DNA of 64,000 nucleotides from a virus. The notes beneath the pieces are model-generated. The model saw only the letters and a list, made by a program, of their open reading frames with translations, ran no database searches and was not told where the DNA came from. Shown piece after piece: positions 1 through 11,084 of the stretch. The position numbers and the translations under genes were made by a program. Location: positions 54,249 through 118,248 of the IMG/VR virus record IMGVR_UViG_3300025141_013870. One strand, 5' to 3'. Positions within the stretch are counted from its first letter, which is position 1. The number at the start of each line of letters is the position of its first letter.

Positions 1-345
1 GTTGGATTTAAAACTTTATCAAAAAGATTTCCAGATTTTTCAAAAAGAACGCCACTCATGATACAGGACATAGTAGATTTGTGCGATGACATGATCAAAG
101 AGGGCGTAAAGCTAAAAGCCATCACTAACATATCAGAGTCAAAAGATCTAATTAAGAGAAATTGGAAATTGATCTATCTAGATACAATAAGCTTATCATC
201 AGATCAAATTTCTAAAATAAACTATTTGATTGATAATTTATGTGTCTCTAGAGATAAAGTTACTATGATGAGAATTTTCATAAGAGAAGGAATTCAAACA
301 TTCAATGTGGATAGATTTTTTCTATCTTTAAATCATATTAGGTAG
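1..345 (+). CDS. 5'-3' exonuclease / RNase H (T4 Rnh/FEN-like), C-terminal part, truncated by window edge
   Basis: Frame 1 is open from base 1 (VGFKTLSKRFP..), resembling the end of the H3TH motif; directly upstream of helicase. Confidence 0.55.
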   Translation, partial: VGFKTLSKRFPDFSKRTPLMIQDIVDLCDDMIKEGVKLKAITNISESKDLIKRNWKLIYLDTISLSSDQISKINYLIDNLCVSRDKVTMMRIFIREGIQTFNVDRFFLSLNHIR

Positions 346-348
346 GGT

Positions 349-1737
349 ATGAGCGAGACAACATCACATTTCAGTAGATATGGAAAGTCCTTTCAGGAAA
401 AGATTTTCCAAGCATTTATCACAGATCAAAACTGGGCAGCACAAATGACAGAGGTGATGGACTCTTCATTTTTTGAACAGAAATATTTACAATATTTATC
501 TAAAAAATATTTTGATTATTACTGTAAATACAAGTCATTTCCAACTCTTCCGCTATTGATAACAATAATAAGAGATGACCTTAGAGAGGGAAGTGACATT
601 ATCTTAAGAGATCAAATTATTGAGTTTCTTCATAGAATTAAGGTAAATCCTGATGTGGGAGATCTTGAATTTGTTAAAGAGAAGTCACTTGATTTTTGTA
701 AAAAACAAGCTCTTAAAAATGCCCTTGAGGTATCTGTTGATTTGATAGCAACAGAGAAATATGAGTCAGTCATAGAAGTTATGAAAGATGCCATATGCAA
801 AGGGATGCCTTCATCTATTGGTCATAACTTTTTTGAGGATTATGAATCACGATTTACGAGATTTAGTCGTGTCACTTGCCCAACTGGGATACCAGAAATA
901 GATAAAAAAGATATATTAAATGGCGGTCTCGGAAGAGGCGAGATAGGTGTCATAACTGCTCCCACAGGTGTCGGGAAATCTCATTTTTTGGTTCATGTTG
1001 GATCTGAGGCACTAAGAGTTGGTAAAAATGTCATACATTATACGTTTGAACTATCAGAGAGAGCTGCAGGATTAAGATATGATAGTAATCTTTGCGACAT
1101 ACCCAGCAATGAAGTGATAGATAGAAAGGATGAGGTCTTAAAAAAGTATGATGATTCAGATTTTGGAAGGCTTATTATCAAGGAGTACCCTACTGGATCT
1201 GCTACAGTTACAACTATTAGAAATCACATTGAAAAACTTTTACTCAAGTCTTTTGTTCCCAGCTTGATAATTATTGATTATGCAGATATCATGCGATCAT
1301 CAAGAAAATATGACTCTCTTCGTCACGAGCTAAAGTTAATTTATGAGGAATTGAGGAATCTCTCTATGGATATGAATATACCAATCTGGACAGCAAGTCA
1401 GGCGAATAGAGATGCAGCAAATGCGTCAGTTGTCGGATTAGAAAATATGGCAGAGGCGTACGGGAAAGCAATGGTGGCAGATGTAGTTTTATCGTTATCT
1501 AGAAAACCTATGGAAAAAGCATCTGGCTGCGGAAGGTTGTTTGTTGCCAAGAATAGAGCAGGAAGAGATGGAATACTTTTTCCTATTCACCTAGATACAG
1601 CAAGGTCAAAAATCTATGTTGTAGAAAATGGTGATGAGATGTCATTAAGCGATGTTGTCAAAACTGACGCTAATGCCATGAAAAATCTTTTAAAGCAGAA
1701 GTGGAAAGAAGTTAACGGTGACAGCCGCACGCAGTAA
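349..1737 (+). CDS. dnaB: Replicative DnaB/gp41-like helicase
   Basis: Walker A APTGVGKS, IIIDYADIM, WTASQANR, KNRAG motifs. Confidence 0.9.
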   Translation: MSETTSHFSRYGKSFQEKIFQAFITDQNWAAQMTEVMDSSFFEQKYLQYLSKKYFDYYCKYKSFPTLPLLITIIRDDLREGSDIILRDQIIEFLHRIKVNPDVGDLEFVKEKSLDFCKKQALKNALEVSVDLIATEKYESVIEVMKDAICKGMPSSIGHNFFEDYESRFTRFSRVTCPTGIPEIDKKDILNGGLGRGEIGVITAPTGVGKSHFLVHVGSEALRVGKNVIHYTFELSERAAGLRYDSNLCDIPSNEVIDRKDEVLKKYDDSDFGRLIIKEYPTGSATVTTIRNHIEKLLLKSFVPSLIIIDYADIMRSSRKYDSLRHELKLIYEELRNLSMDMNIPIWTASQANRDAANASVVGLENMAEAYGKAMVADVVLSLSRKPMEKASGCGRLFVAKNRAGRDGILFPIHLDTARSKIYVVENGDEMSLSDVVKTDANAMKNLLKQKWKEVNGDSRTQ

Positions 1738-1758
1738 AAATTATTATCGGAGAATTTT

Positions 1759-4218
1759 ATGAAAGTGTCTTTTAATAAAGCTCTGTCAGAAAGTATTGAA
1801 TATTTTGGTGGTGATGAACTTGCTGCTAATATTTTTGTAACAAAATACGCACTTTGTGATGAAGCTGGAAATTTTTATGAAAAGACGCCTGATGATATGC
1901 ATAAAAGACTTGCATCTGAGTTTCATAGAATTGAAAAAAATTATCCCAATCCGATGACAGAGGATGAAATATATCATCTTTTTAAAGATTTTAAATATGT
2001 TATTCCACAAGGAAGCCCGATGGCTGGAATTGGAAATAACTTTAGAATTCAGTCTTTGTCAAATTGTTTCGTCATAGAGTCTCCACATGACTCATATGGT
2101 GGAATTCTTAAGTCAGATCAAGAGCTAGTACAAATAGCAAAAAGAAGAGGAGGAGTAGGCTTTGACATTTCGACAATACGACCAAAAGGGTGCACGACAT
2201 CAAATGCTGCCAGAACTACTGACGGCATCGAAGTATTTATGGATAGATTTTCAAATTCGTGCAGAGAAGTGGCTCAGGGTGGACGCCGCGGAGCCCTTAT
2301 GCTTACTATCTCTATTCATCATCCTCAAGTTAGAGATTTTATAAGAATTAAAAGAGATCTTTCTCGAGTGACAGGTGCCAACATATCAGTAAGACTAACA
2401 GATGAATTTATGAATGCTGTAGAAAATAAATCTGAAGTTGAGCTAAGATTTCCAGTTGATAGTGAATTTCCTGAAATGTCAGAGTCTGTAGACGCATCCG
2501 AGCTTTGGGATGAGATAATAGAGTCAGCACATGAATCTGCTGAACCAGGAATTCTTTTTTGGGACACGGCGAAAAGATTAACACCTTCCGACATCTATGA
2601 AAAAGAAGGGTTTGGGTCAACATCTACAAATCCTTGCGGCGAGATAATTTTAAGCCCTGGAGATTCGTGTCGACTGATGCTAATAAATCTACTTTCATTT
2701 GTTGTCAATCCATTTAAAGATGATGCATTTTTTAATTTTAACAAGCTATCAGATATCACCACAAAGGCGCAGAGGCTCATGGATGATATGGTCGATCTTG
2801 AAATAGAACAGGTTGATAAGATACTTGAAAAAATATTTGCTGATCCCGAACCTGAAAAAGTAAAAAAGATAGAAAAAGATCTATGGAAAAACATCAAAGA
2901 GCAGGCAATTAGAGGCAGAAGAACAGGATTGGGAATAACAGCTGTAGGTGATACACTCGCAGCGCTTAATGTAAGATATGGTTCAGATGAGTCAATTGAT
3001 ATAATTGAAAACATATACAAGACTCTTTGTGTCAATGCATATAGATCATCATGTGTGATGGCAAAAGAGAGAGGGGCATTTCCAGTTCATGATTTTGCAA
3101 AAGAGACATATCATCCATTTTTAAGAAGAGTGTGGGAAGAAGATCCAGAACTCTTACAAATGAATGAAAAGTGGGGAAGAAGAAATATATCTCTTACAAC
3201 TACCGCACCTGCAGGATCTGTGTCTACATTAACGCAAACAACATCCGGAATAGAGCCTGCCTATCTTCTTAAGTACACTAGAAGGAAGAAGATAAACCAA
3301 TCTGATGAATCTGCATCTGTTGATTTTGTCGATGCTGTGGGAGATTCATGGCAAGAATATGATGTTTATCATCACGGATTCAAAAAGTGGATGGACATAA
3401 CAGGAAAAACATCAGTTAAAAAATCACCATATTGGAAATCTACATCAAATGATATTGACTGGGTCTCTAAAATAAAAGTTCAAGCTGCAGCACAGAAATG
3501 GGTATGCCATGCAATATCAAATACAACAAATGTTCCAGCAGACATAGACGTTGACACTGTTAAAAAAATCTATATTGATGGATGGAAGCTAGGTTGCAAA
3601 GGCGTAACAGTATATAGAGAAGGATGTAGATCGGGCGTTCTTGTTCCTACGGTTAGAGAAGATAAAAGTTTTGAATCTCATGATGCTCCATCTAGACCCG
3701 ATGAGCTAGATTGTTCTATTCACCACGCGACAATTAAAGACGAGGCATGGACAATTCTTGTAGGATTACTAGATGGAAGGCCATATGAGGTAATGGGAGG
3801 TCTCCAGAAGTATATTGAAATTCCGCGCAAGTACAAAGATGGAACAATTATCAAGCATCACTATAAGACAAAAAATTCTAGATATGATCTTCGTATTGGA
3901 AAAAACGGAGATGAAATTTTGATAAAGGATATTGTTTCAGTTTTTGATAATCCTAATCATGCTGGGTATACTAGGACGATATCCCTTGCACTTCGTCATG
4001 GAGCAAACATACATTATGTTGTTGAACAGCTGCAAAAAGACAGAGAGATGGACATGTTCTCATTCTCAAAGGTTATTGCTAGAGTTCTTAAGAATTACAT
4101 CAAGGATGGAACAGTACCAGGAAAGACGACATGTCAAAATTGTGGCGCTGAAGATACGCTGAGATATCAAGAAGGGTGTGTCATGTGCACAGCATGCGGA
4201 TCATCCAAGTGTGGATAA
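1759..4218 (+). CDS. nrdJ: Ribonucleotide reductase, class II (B12-dependent), with C-terminal Zn-ribbon
   Basis: SNCF, TNPCGEI, TTAPAGS, CKGVTVYREG; C-terminal CxxC..CxxC; no NrdB beside it. Confidence 0.85.
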   Translation: MKVSFNKALSESIEYFGGDELAANIFVTKYALCDEAGNFYEKTPDDMHKRLASEFHRIEKNYPNPMTEDEIYHLFKDFKYVIPQGSPMAGIGNNFRIQSLSNCFVIESPHDSYGGILKSDQELVQIAKRRGGVGFDISTIRPKGCTTSNAARTTDGIEVFMDRFSNSCREVAQGGRRGALMLTISIHHPQVRDFIRIKRDLSRVTGANISVRLTDEFMNAVENKSEVELRFPVDSEFPEMSESVDASELWDEIIESAHESAEPGILFWDTAKRLTPSDIYEKEGFGSTSTNPCGEIILSPGDSCRLMLINLLSFVVNPFKDDAFFNFNKLSDITTKAQRLMDDMVDLEIEQVDKILEKIFADPEPEKVKKIEKDLWKNIKEQAIRGRRTGLGITAVGDTLAALNVRYGSDESIDIIENIYKTLCVNAYRSSCVMAKERGAFPVHDFAKETYHPFLRRVWEEDPELLQMNEKWGRRNISLTTTAPAGSVSTLTQTTSGIEPAYLLKYTRRKKINQSDESASVDFVDAVGDSWQEYDVYHHGFKKWMDITGKTSVKKSPYWKSTSNDIDWVSKIKVQAAAQKWVCHAISNTTNVPADIDVDTVKKIYIDGWKLGCKGVTVYREGCRSGVLVPTVREDKSFESHDAPSRPDELDCSIHHATIKDEAWTILVGLLDGRPYEVMGGLQKYIEIPRKYKDGTIIKHHYKTKNSRYDLRIGKNGDEILIKDIVSVFDNPNHAGYTRTISLALRHGANIHYVVEQLQKDREMDMFSFSKVIARVLKNYIKDGTVPGKTTCQNCGAEDTLRYQEGCVMCTACGSSKCG

Positions 4219-4257
4219 ATTTTCAAAAAATAATACATAGTGCTAGGGGGAAAATTT

Positions 4258-4644
4258 ATGTCGTATTCAGATAAGGTATTAGATCATTTTAGCAACCCCC
4301 GTAATGTCGGAGCGATGGATAAAGATGATATCAATGTAGGCACAGGTATGGTCGGTGCTCCAGCGTGCGGCGATGTGATGAAGCTTCAGCTCAAGATCAA
4401 TGACAGCGGCATCATCGAGGATGCCAAGTTCAAGACATTCGGCTGCGGTTCTGCTGTTGCATCAAGCTCTTTAATAACAACATGGGTAAAAGGATTGAAT
4501 ATAGCAGAGGCTGAGAAGATAAAAAATTCATCAATTGCAGAGGAGCTTTGCTTGCCGCCTGTGAAGATTCACTGTTCAGTTCTTGCTGAAGATGCTATAA
4601 AGGCTGCGATTAAAGATTACCGGATCAAGAATGACAAGAAGTGA
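4258..4644 (+). CDS. iscU: Fe-S cluster scaffold IscU
   Basis: YSDKVLDHFSNPRNVG, GAPACGDVMKL, FGCGSA, LPPVKIHCSVLAEDA. Confidence 0.95.
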   Translation: MSYSDKVLDHFSNPRNVGAMDKDDINVGTGMVGAPACGDVMKLQLKINDSGIIEDAKFKTFGCGSAVASSSLITTWVKGLNIAEAEKIKNSSIAEELCLPPVKIHCSVLAEDAIKAAIKDYRIKNDKK

Positions 4645-4897
4645 TATACAAAAGCTCATTGATGAAGAAATCAACTCTGCCTTATCAATGCACGGAGGCC
4701 ATGTTTCAATTCATGAATTTGACGAAGAGAGCAAATCTTTGAAATTAAAAATGGGCGGTGGGTGTCATGGATGCTCATCATCAAGAATGACTATGAAAGT
4801 GGGAGTTGAAAATCTTCTCAGGGAGGTGTTTCCTGATATTGGAGAAATTGAGGATGTCACTGATCATTCAACAGGTGAAAATCCATACTATGACTAA
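4631..4897 (+). CDS. NifU-like (Nfu C-terminal domain) Fe-S carrier
   Basis: HGGHV..LKMGGGCHGCSSS (CxxC) motif; between iscU and iscA. Confidence 0.85.
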   Translation: MTRSDIQKLIDEEINSALSMHGGHVSIHEFDEESKSLKLKMGGGCHGCSSSRMTMKVGVENLLREVFPDIGEIEDVTDHSTGENPYYD

Positions 4898-4906
4898 GGA
4901 ACAAAT

Positions 4907-5233
4907 ATGGCAATAACAGTTACAGAGAAAGCAAGAATCAAAATAAAATCTCTGCTTAATCAGCGTCAAACTCCTGATCATTTTCTAAGGATAGGGTTAA
5001 GAGGAGGTGGCTGCTCTGGGTTTATGTATAAATATGAATTCATCGACAAGACAGATGAGAAAGATAAGATATTTGAATTTGATGACATTAAAATTTGCAT
5101 CGATATAAAATCCTATTTATTTCTTAATGGAATAGAGATAGATTATCAAGAAGACTTACTAAAGTCAGGCCTTGTGTTTAATGCTCCGGGAGCATCGCGA
5201 ACGTGTGGCTGTGGTGAGTCAGTAACATTTTGA
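4907..5233 (+). CDS. iscA: A-type Fe-S carrier IscA/HesB
   Basis: GGGCSG and C-terminal CGCGES motifs. Confidence 0.92.
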   Translation: MAITVTEKARIKIKSLLNQRQTPDHFLRIGLRGGGCSGFMYKYEFIDKTDEKDKIFEFDDIKICIDIKSYLFLNGIEIDYQEDLLKSGLVFNAPGASRTCGCGESVTF

Positions 5234-5240
5234 GGTATTG

Positions 5241-5843
5241 ATGAAGTGGATTACAAAAGTATCTCCATTAATTAAGGAAATTGAATTAAGAAAAAATCCA
5301 GTAGTCATACGTGTTAATAAGTTTGATGAAAAATCATCAAAAGAATTTGATAATCAAGTTGCTTTAGCGCATAATACTGGGCAAAAGGTTATTCCTATTG
5401 TCATTGACTCTTACGGCGGACAGGTTTATAGCTTGATGTCAATGATAAGTGCCATTAATCATTGTGAGATTCCAGTTGCTACAATAGTAGAAGGGAAGGC
5501 AATGTCATGTGGAGCTATACTTTTTTCATGCGGTGAGCAAGGCTTAAGGTTTATGGATCCTGATGCGACAGTCATGATTCATGATGTTTCATCTATGGAG
5601 TATGGAAAAGTTGAAGAGATAAAAGCGTCAGCTGAAGAAACAGAGAGGCTTAATCAAAAAGTCTATACAATTATGGCTAGAAACTGTGGAAAAAAAGACG
5701 ATTATTTTTTAAAGCTCGTTCATAAAAAAGGACACGCAGATTGGTTTTTAGATTCAACAGCTTGCAAAAAACACGGACTGGCTAATCAGATTCGTGTACC
5801 AAAGTTTAATATCAGCATTTCTGTTGATATAGATTTCGAATAA
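5241..5843 (+). CDS. clpP: ClpP-like serine protease
   Basis: IDSYGG, GKAMSCG (catalytic Ser), VMIHD (His). Confidence 0.85.
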   Translation: MKWITKVSPLIKEIELRKNPVVIRVNKFDEKSSKEFDNQVALAHNTGQKVIPIVIDSYGGQVYSLMSMISAINHCEIPVATIVEGKAMSCGAILFSCGEQGLRFMDPDATVMIHDVSSMEYGKVEEIKASAEETERLNQKVYTIMARNCGKKDDYFLKLVHKKGHADWFLDSTACKKHGLANQIRVPKFNISISVDIDFE

Positions 5844-5853
5844 GGTAATATAA

Positions 5854-7401
5854 ATGTTATTTCAAGATTTGAATATAGAAAAACAAGATACAGATATTTT
5901 AAGCGACGACGCTGTAAAATTTTTATCTGATCTAACAAGAATGTTTAGACAAAGTCTGATATCACTTCTTCAAAGAAGAAACCTGCGTCAGGCATTTTAT
6001 GATGAGAATCACTTTCCTAATTTTTTATCTGAGACAGTAGCTGTTAGACAGGGTGACTGGTCTGTTTGTGACATTCCAAATAGCATAAAAGATCGTCGAG
6101 TTGAGATAACGGGCCCTCCCGATAGAAAGATGATAATCAACGCTTTAAACTCTGGAGCAAAAGTGTATATGGCGGACTTTGAAGATTCAATGTCACCAAC
6201 ATGGGAAAATGTCGTCGATGGTCATGTAAACTTAATAGATGCAACAAGAAAGACCATAACATACGAACACCCAAAAAAAGGAATGTATGAACTTAATGAC
6301 GACGTAGCAGTGCTCTTTGTAAGGCCAAGGGGTCTTCACTTAAATGAATCTAATTTTATAGTTGACAATAAGCCGATTCCAGCATCATTATTTGATTTTG
6401 GATTATTTTTATTTTACAATGGGAAGCTTCTAGCTGATAAAGATGAAGGACCATATTTTTACATACCAAAATTAGAACACTATCTTGAAGCTAGATGGTG
6501 GAATGAGGTATTCACATGGTCACAAGAGGCTTTGGGCATACCGCATGGATCGATAAAGGCAACAGTTCTAATAGAGACTCTACCGGCAGCATTTCAGATG
6601 GATGAGATACTATATGAGCTAAGAGACCATTCAGCTGGCTTAAACTGCGGAAGGTGGGATTATATCTTTAGCTATATAAAGACATTGAGAAATCATGATA
6701 ACAGAATTCTACCAGATAGAAATACTGTCACGATGAATACACATTTTATGAACTCATATGCAAAATTGTTGGTAAAGACATGCCACAAGCGCGGTGCACA
6801 TGCTATGGGTGGAATGGCTGCACAAATTCCCATAAGAGGAGATCAGGAAAAGAATATTAAGGCATTGAACAAAGTCCGCGGAGATAAGATAAGAGAGGTT
6901 AATCTTGGACACGATGGAACGTGGGTCGCTCATCCAGGACTTGTAAAAATTGCAAAAGATGTATTTGATGAATATATGCCAGATGAAAACAATATTGAAA
7001 AGAAGATAGATTTTGTATGCTCAAGAGAAGACCTTCTTGATACACCCCAGGGTGAGATAACAGAGGAATGTTTAAGAAGCAATATCAATATCGGTATTCA
7101 CTATATAGCAGCGTGGCTATCTGGCCAGGGATGCGTTCCTCTTTATAATCTAATGGAGGATGCAGCAACTGCAGAGATATCTCGGGCTCAAACTTGGCAG
7201 TGGCTAAAACATGACAAGATTAGTATTGATAGATTTGAAGAAATTTTTATTGAAGAAATTAATAAAATAAGACATGAAGTTGGTGATTTAACATTTAAAA
7301 ATTCTAATTATGAAAGCGCTTCACAGCTATTCGAACGCTTATCTGTATCTGATGAGCTTGATAATTTTTTAACCTTAAAGGCCTATGAGCTAATATCCTA
7401 A
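5854..7401 (+). CDS. aceB: Malate synthase A
   Basis: [49 protein letters not shown]. Confidence 0.97.
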   Translation: MLFQDLNIEKQDTDILSDDAVKFLSDLTRMFRQSLISLLQRRNLRQAFYDENHFPNFLSETVAVRQGDWSVCDIPNSIKDRRVEITGPPDRKMIINALNSGAKVYMADFEDSMSPTWENVVDGHVNLIDATRKTITYEHPKKGMYELNDDVAVLFVRPRGLHLNESNFIVDNKPIPASLFDFGLFLFYNGKLLADKDEGPYFYIPKLEHYLEARWWNEVFTWSQEALGIPHGSIKATVLIETLPAAFQMDEILYELRDHSAGLNCGRWDYIFSYIKTLRNHDNRILPDRNTVTMNTHFMNSYAKLLVKTCHKRGAHAMGGMAAQIPIRGDQEKNIKALNKVRGDKIREVNLGHDGTWVAHPGLVKIAKDVFDEYMPDENNIEKKIDFVCSREDLLDTPQGEITEECLRSNINIGIHYIAAWLSGQGCVPLYNLMEDAATAEISRAQTWQWLKHDKISIDRFEEIFIEEINKIRHEVGDLTFKNSNYESASQLFERLSVSDELDNFLTLKAYELIS

Positions 7402-7412
7402 GGATCGTCTAT

Positions 7413-8651
7413 ATGACAACAGTCAAAAGAGATTTACCCCCCATTAAGAGAACCTGGAACCAGGAAGATGTCAACAACCTCAGGGGTAATGTTAAAATTG
7501 AATATTCACTAGCCAGGTCAGGAGCTAACAAGCTATGGAATCTACTTCTAGAAGATGATCCCGTTACTGCGCTAGGAGCGTTAACTGGAAACCAGGCAAT
7601 TCAACAAGTCAGAGGCGGCTTAAAGTCAATATATCTTAGCGGATGGCAGGTAGCAGCTGATGCAAATCTTTCTGGTAACATGTATCCAGATCAAAGCCTA
7701 TATCCGGCAAATAGCGTGCCATCAGTCGTGAAGAGAATAAATCAAGCTCTGCAAAGAACAGATCAGGTTGAGAGCGTTGAAGGGAATATAACTAGAGACT
7801 GGATGGTTCCCATAGTTGCAGATGCTGAAGCTGGATTCGGAGGGCCTCTAAACGCGCATGAGCTTATGAAAGGAATGATCGAAGCCGGCGCAGCAGGTGT
7901 ACACTTTGAGGATCAATTATCTTCAGAAAAGAAATGTGGGCACCTGGGCGGAAAGGTTCTAGTTCCAACATCACAGTTTGTAACAACGTTAAAGGCTGCT
8001 CGTCTAGCTGCTGATGTTATGGACGTACCGACCGTTTTAATTGCAAGAACAGATGCAAATAGCGCAAGATTAATGACATCTGACATAGATCCATATGATC
8101 ACCAGTTTATGACAGGAGAAAGAACGCAGGAAGGATTTTATCGAATCACAGGCGGAATCAATCAGGCAATATCCAGAGGGCTGGCATACGCACCATACGC
8201 AGACTTGCTTTGGTGTGAGACATCTACTCCTGATCTTCACGAAGCTAAACTGTTTGCAGATGCAATTCATGAGAAATTTCCAGGAAAGATTCTAGCATAC
8301 AATTGTTCACCATCGTTTAATTGGAAGAAAAATCTTGATGATGAGACAATAGAGATATTTCAAAGAGAGCTAAACGGTATGGGATATAAGTTTCAATTTG
8401 TAACTCTTGCTGGATTCCACTCACTTAACTACTCAATGTTTGATTTGGCTGATAGATATCGAGATGGCGGAATGACAGCGTACGTTCAGCTTCAGGAGAG
8501 AGAATTTTCAGCAGAGGAAAGAGGATACACGGCGACAAAGCACCAGAGAGAGGTAGGGACTGGATATTTTGATGCAGTTAAGAATGCTCTGTCTGGGGGA
8601 GACTCTTCAACTCTTGCTATGACTGAATCTACAGAGTCTGATCAGTTTTAA
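7413..8651 (+). CDS. aceA: Isocitrate lyase
   Basis: [18 protein letters not shown], catalytic [21 protein letters not shown]. Confidence 0.97.
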   Translation: MTTVKRDLPPIKRTWNQEDVNNLRGNVKIEYSLARSGANKLWNLLLEDDPVTALGALTGNQAIQQVRGGLKSIYLSGWQVAADANLSGNMYPDQSLYPANSVPSVVKRINQALQRTDQVESVEGNITRDWMVPIVADAEAGFGGPLNAHELMKGMIEAGAAGVHFEDQLSSEKKCGHLGGKVLVPTSQFVTTLKAARLAADVMDVPTVLIARTDANSARLMTSDIDPYDHQFMTGERTQEGFYRITGGINQAISRGLAYAPYADLLWCETSTPDLHEAKLFADAIHEKFPGKILAYNCSPSFNWKKNLDDETIEIFQRELNGMGYKFQFVTLAGFHSLNYSMFDLADRYRDGGMTAYVQLQEREFSAEERGYTATKHQREVGTGYFDAVKNALSGGDSSTLAMTESTESDQF

Positions 8652-8653
8652 TT

Positions 8654-9586
8654 ATGGATAAGGACTTTTACAACAAGTCGAGCTCAGACAGCCTTGGGTG
8701 GAAACCTGAGTGGTTCGGGTGTAAATATTTCGATGAGGATCTTGTTAAAGCTGTAAGAAAGTGGCAGCGGGAGAACGGATTAACAGGCGACGGTCTTGTT
8801 GGTCCGATGACATATAGAAGAATATGGACAGAGAGAGAATCTCAAATTGATGAATTTAGACCCTATATCTATAGCCCCAAAGACAGTGCTTTCATAGTTC
8901 ATAATGGAAAATTTATTCCTATAGACTGGGGAAAGGTGATTCTATGGTCTGATACGGGTGGTCTCAAAGCTGCACCAGGAGCCTACTATAGCTATGGGGG
9001 ATCAGAAGATAGAAATCCAACAATGTTTGTAAACCACTGGGATGTCTGTCTATCAGCTGAGAGCTGTGCGAAGGTTCTTGCTAGAAGGGGCGTCTCAGTT
9101 CATTTCTGCATAGACAATGATGGAACGATCTATCAACTTCTTGATACACAGCATGCAGCGTGGCATGCTGGAAATTCAAAGGTAAACAGAGCTAGTGTAG
9201 GTGTGGAAATCTCAAATGCATATTACACAAAATATCAGGACTGGTATGAGAGACACGGGTTTGGAGAGCGACCACTATGGACAGACGCAGAGGTCCACGG
9301 AAAGACGCAGAAACCATTTTTAGGATTCTATGACGTTCAAATAGAGGCAGCTAAAGCTCTATGGAGAGCTATTCATGACGGGCTAGGCATTCCGCTAGAG
9401 TGCCCAGTAGATTCTTCTGGAGATATGGTTACAACAACAGTGAGCGAAGTGGCTTCTGGTAAGTTTAAAGGATTTATTCATCACTTTCATGTAACAAGAG
9501 GAAAGATCGACTGCGCAGGATTCGATCTAAAGAATCCTCTTGATGAAGTTAGAACAAGTAGAAAATATTGTATTGATAAGGAATAG
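8654..9586 (+). CDS. N-acetylmuramoyl-L-alanine amidase with N-terminal peptidoglycan-binding domain (endolysin-like)
   Basis: AVRKWQRENGLTGDGLVGPMT PG-binding motif; Amidase_2 motifs VNHW, SVHFCID, AWHAG, SVGVEI. Confidence 0.85.
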   Translation: MDKDFYNKSSSDSLGWKPEWFGCKYFDEDLVKAVRKWQRENGLTGDGLVGPMTYRRIWTERESQIDEFRPYIYSPKDSAFIVHNGKFIPIDWGKVILWSDTGGLKAAPGAYYSYGGSEDRNPTMFVNHWDVCLSAESCAKVLARRGVSVHFCIDNDGTIYQLLDTQHAAWHAGNSKVNRASVGVEISNAYYTKYQDWYERHGFGERPLWTDAEVHGKTQKPFLGFYDVQIEAAKALWRAIHDGLGIPLECPVDSSGDMVTTTVSEVASGKFKGFIHHFHVTRGKIDCAGFDLKNPLDEVRTSRKYCIDKE

Positions 9587-10636
9587 ATGAAAATGAGACA
9601 TATGAAGATAGAATATGTGTGGATCGATGGTTGCAACCCATGGGGATTAAGATCAAAGGTGAAGGTTTTAAAATTGTCAGATGCCAACTTTAATGACACA
9701 ATAGAAGGGAGCATTGATAACATTCCTGAGTGGGGGTTTGATGGATCGTCAACTGAGCAGGCGTCTGGCGGCGACTCTGATTGTCTTCTACGGCCTGTCA
9801 GGTGTGTCGTAGACTCAATAAGAAACGACTACACCTCAGCAATAGTCTTATGTGACGTTCTTATGGGAGATGGATTTCCCCACCCAACAAACAATAGGTC
9901 GTCACTACTAGAGACATCAAGGCTGTGTGAAAGTCACAAGCCTTTCTTTGGTATCGAGCAGGAGTATACAATAATGAAAGATGAGAGGCCTCTCGGATTT
10001 CCTCCGTCTGGATACCCGGCTCCCCAAGGAAAGTATTATTGCTCAGCGGGCGGAGATAGATCATATGGAAGGAACATATCAGATGAGCATCTAGATGCGT
10101 GCATAGCATCTGGTCTCAATATTACAGGAACAAATGCCGAGGTCATGCCAGGACAGTGGGAATATCAGATAGGGGGACCAGGCGTAGGGCCCGTGGAAGC
10201 GAGTGACGAGCTCTGGATATCTAGATGGATTCTATTAAAGGTAGCAGAGAGAAATGGAATGACTGTCACGTTTGAGCCAAAGCCCATGCTTGGTGACTGG
10301 AATGGCGCAGGATGTCACACAAATTTTAGCACAGAGAAGATGAGAGAGGAAGGCGGCATGAGACACATTGAGCAGGCATGCAAGAAGATGTCAAATAACA
10401 TCCAGCCTCATCTTGACGCGTATGGTGACGGCATAGAGTTTAGACTGACAGGAATGCACGAGACCTGCTCATATAGTGAGTTTAAGTGGGGCGTGGCTGA
10501 TAGAACAGCGTCAATAAGAATACCAAGGGGTGTATCAAATGATGGTCGAGGATATCTCGAGGATAGAAGACCCAATGCCAATTGTGATCCATATCAGGTC
10601 TGTAAGGTGATATTAGAATCGACGTGTATAGATTAA
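9587..10636 (+). CDS. glnII: Glutamine synthetase type II
   Basis: EYVWIDG, FDGSST, GQWEYQIG, GDWNGAGCH, RLTGMHET, GYLEDRRP. Confidence 0.93.
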   Translation: MKMRHMKIEYVWIDGCNPWGLRSKVKVLKLSDANFNDTIEGSIDNIPEWGFDGSSTEQASGGDSDCLLRPVRCVVDSIRNDYTSAIVLCDVLMGDGFPHPTNNRSSLLETSRLCESHKPFFGIEQEYTIMKDERPLGFPPSGYPAPQGKYYCSAGGDRSYGRNISDEHLDACIASGLNITGTNAEVMPGQWEYQIGGPGVGPVEASDELWISRWILLKVAERNGMTVTFEPKPMLGDWNGAGCHTNFSTEKMREEGGMRHIEQACKKMSNNIQPHLDAYGDGIEFRLTGMHETCSYSEFKWGVADRTASIRIPRGVSNDGRGYLEDRRPNANCDPYQVCKVILESTCID

Positions 10637-10669
10637 ACGACTTGGATAAGATACATCATCTTATCCCAT

Positions 10670-10677
10670 ATACTTAT
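10670..10677 (+). promoter_or_regulatory. Putative late promoter motif ATAnTTAW (leaderless start)
   Basis: ATACTTAT 4 nt before ATG 10682, no SD. Confidence 0.45.
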
Positions 10678-10681
10678 TAAC

Positions 10682-10909
10682 ATGAAAACGTATATCACCT
10701 CTGATCTGCCCGTAGCAGCTTTTCTCATGATGAGAGGCCTGGCATTAGTCCGCGCTGATAGGCAGTCTGGTAGGTTTGTATTCGAGCTAGAGGATCCTGA
10801 CGGAAAGGCTGCAAAGTTTGCAATAGAGTATCTAAACAGCGACTTTTGTAAGTTTGATAACTACATAAGAAATTTAAAAAGTGTGCTGTATCAGAATAAA
10901 AAACCTTGA
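10682..10909 (+). CDS. Small hypothetical protein (DUF5659-like)
   Basis: TSDLPVAAFL..RFVFELED pattern. Confidence 0.5.
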   Translation: MKTYITSDLPVAAFLMMRGLALVRADRQSGRFVFELEDPDGKAAKFAIEYLNSDFCKFDNYIRNLKSVLYQNKKP

Positions 10910-11084
10910 GTAGATTCTCGGCTCACGAATATATAATACTAAATCAGTCAGTATTGTAGGTATTCCTTAGAAAGTTAAAAAATGTTAATGATGGTTTGAT
11001 CTGTTTATCTTGCGTGTGTGATAGAAAGAAACGGTCAGTAAAAAAACTTAAACCATTTTTTTAATAACAAAAAGGAGATAAATA

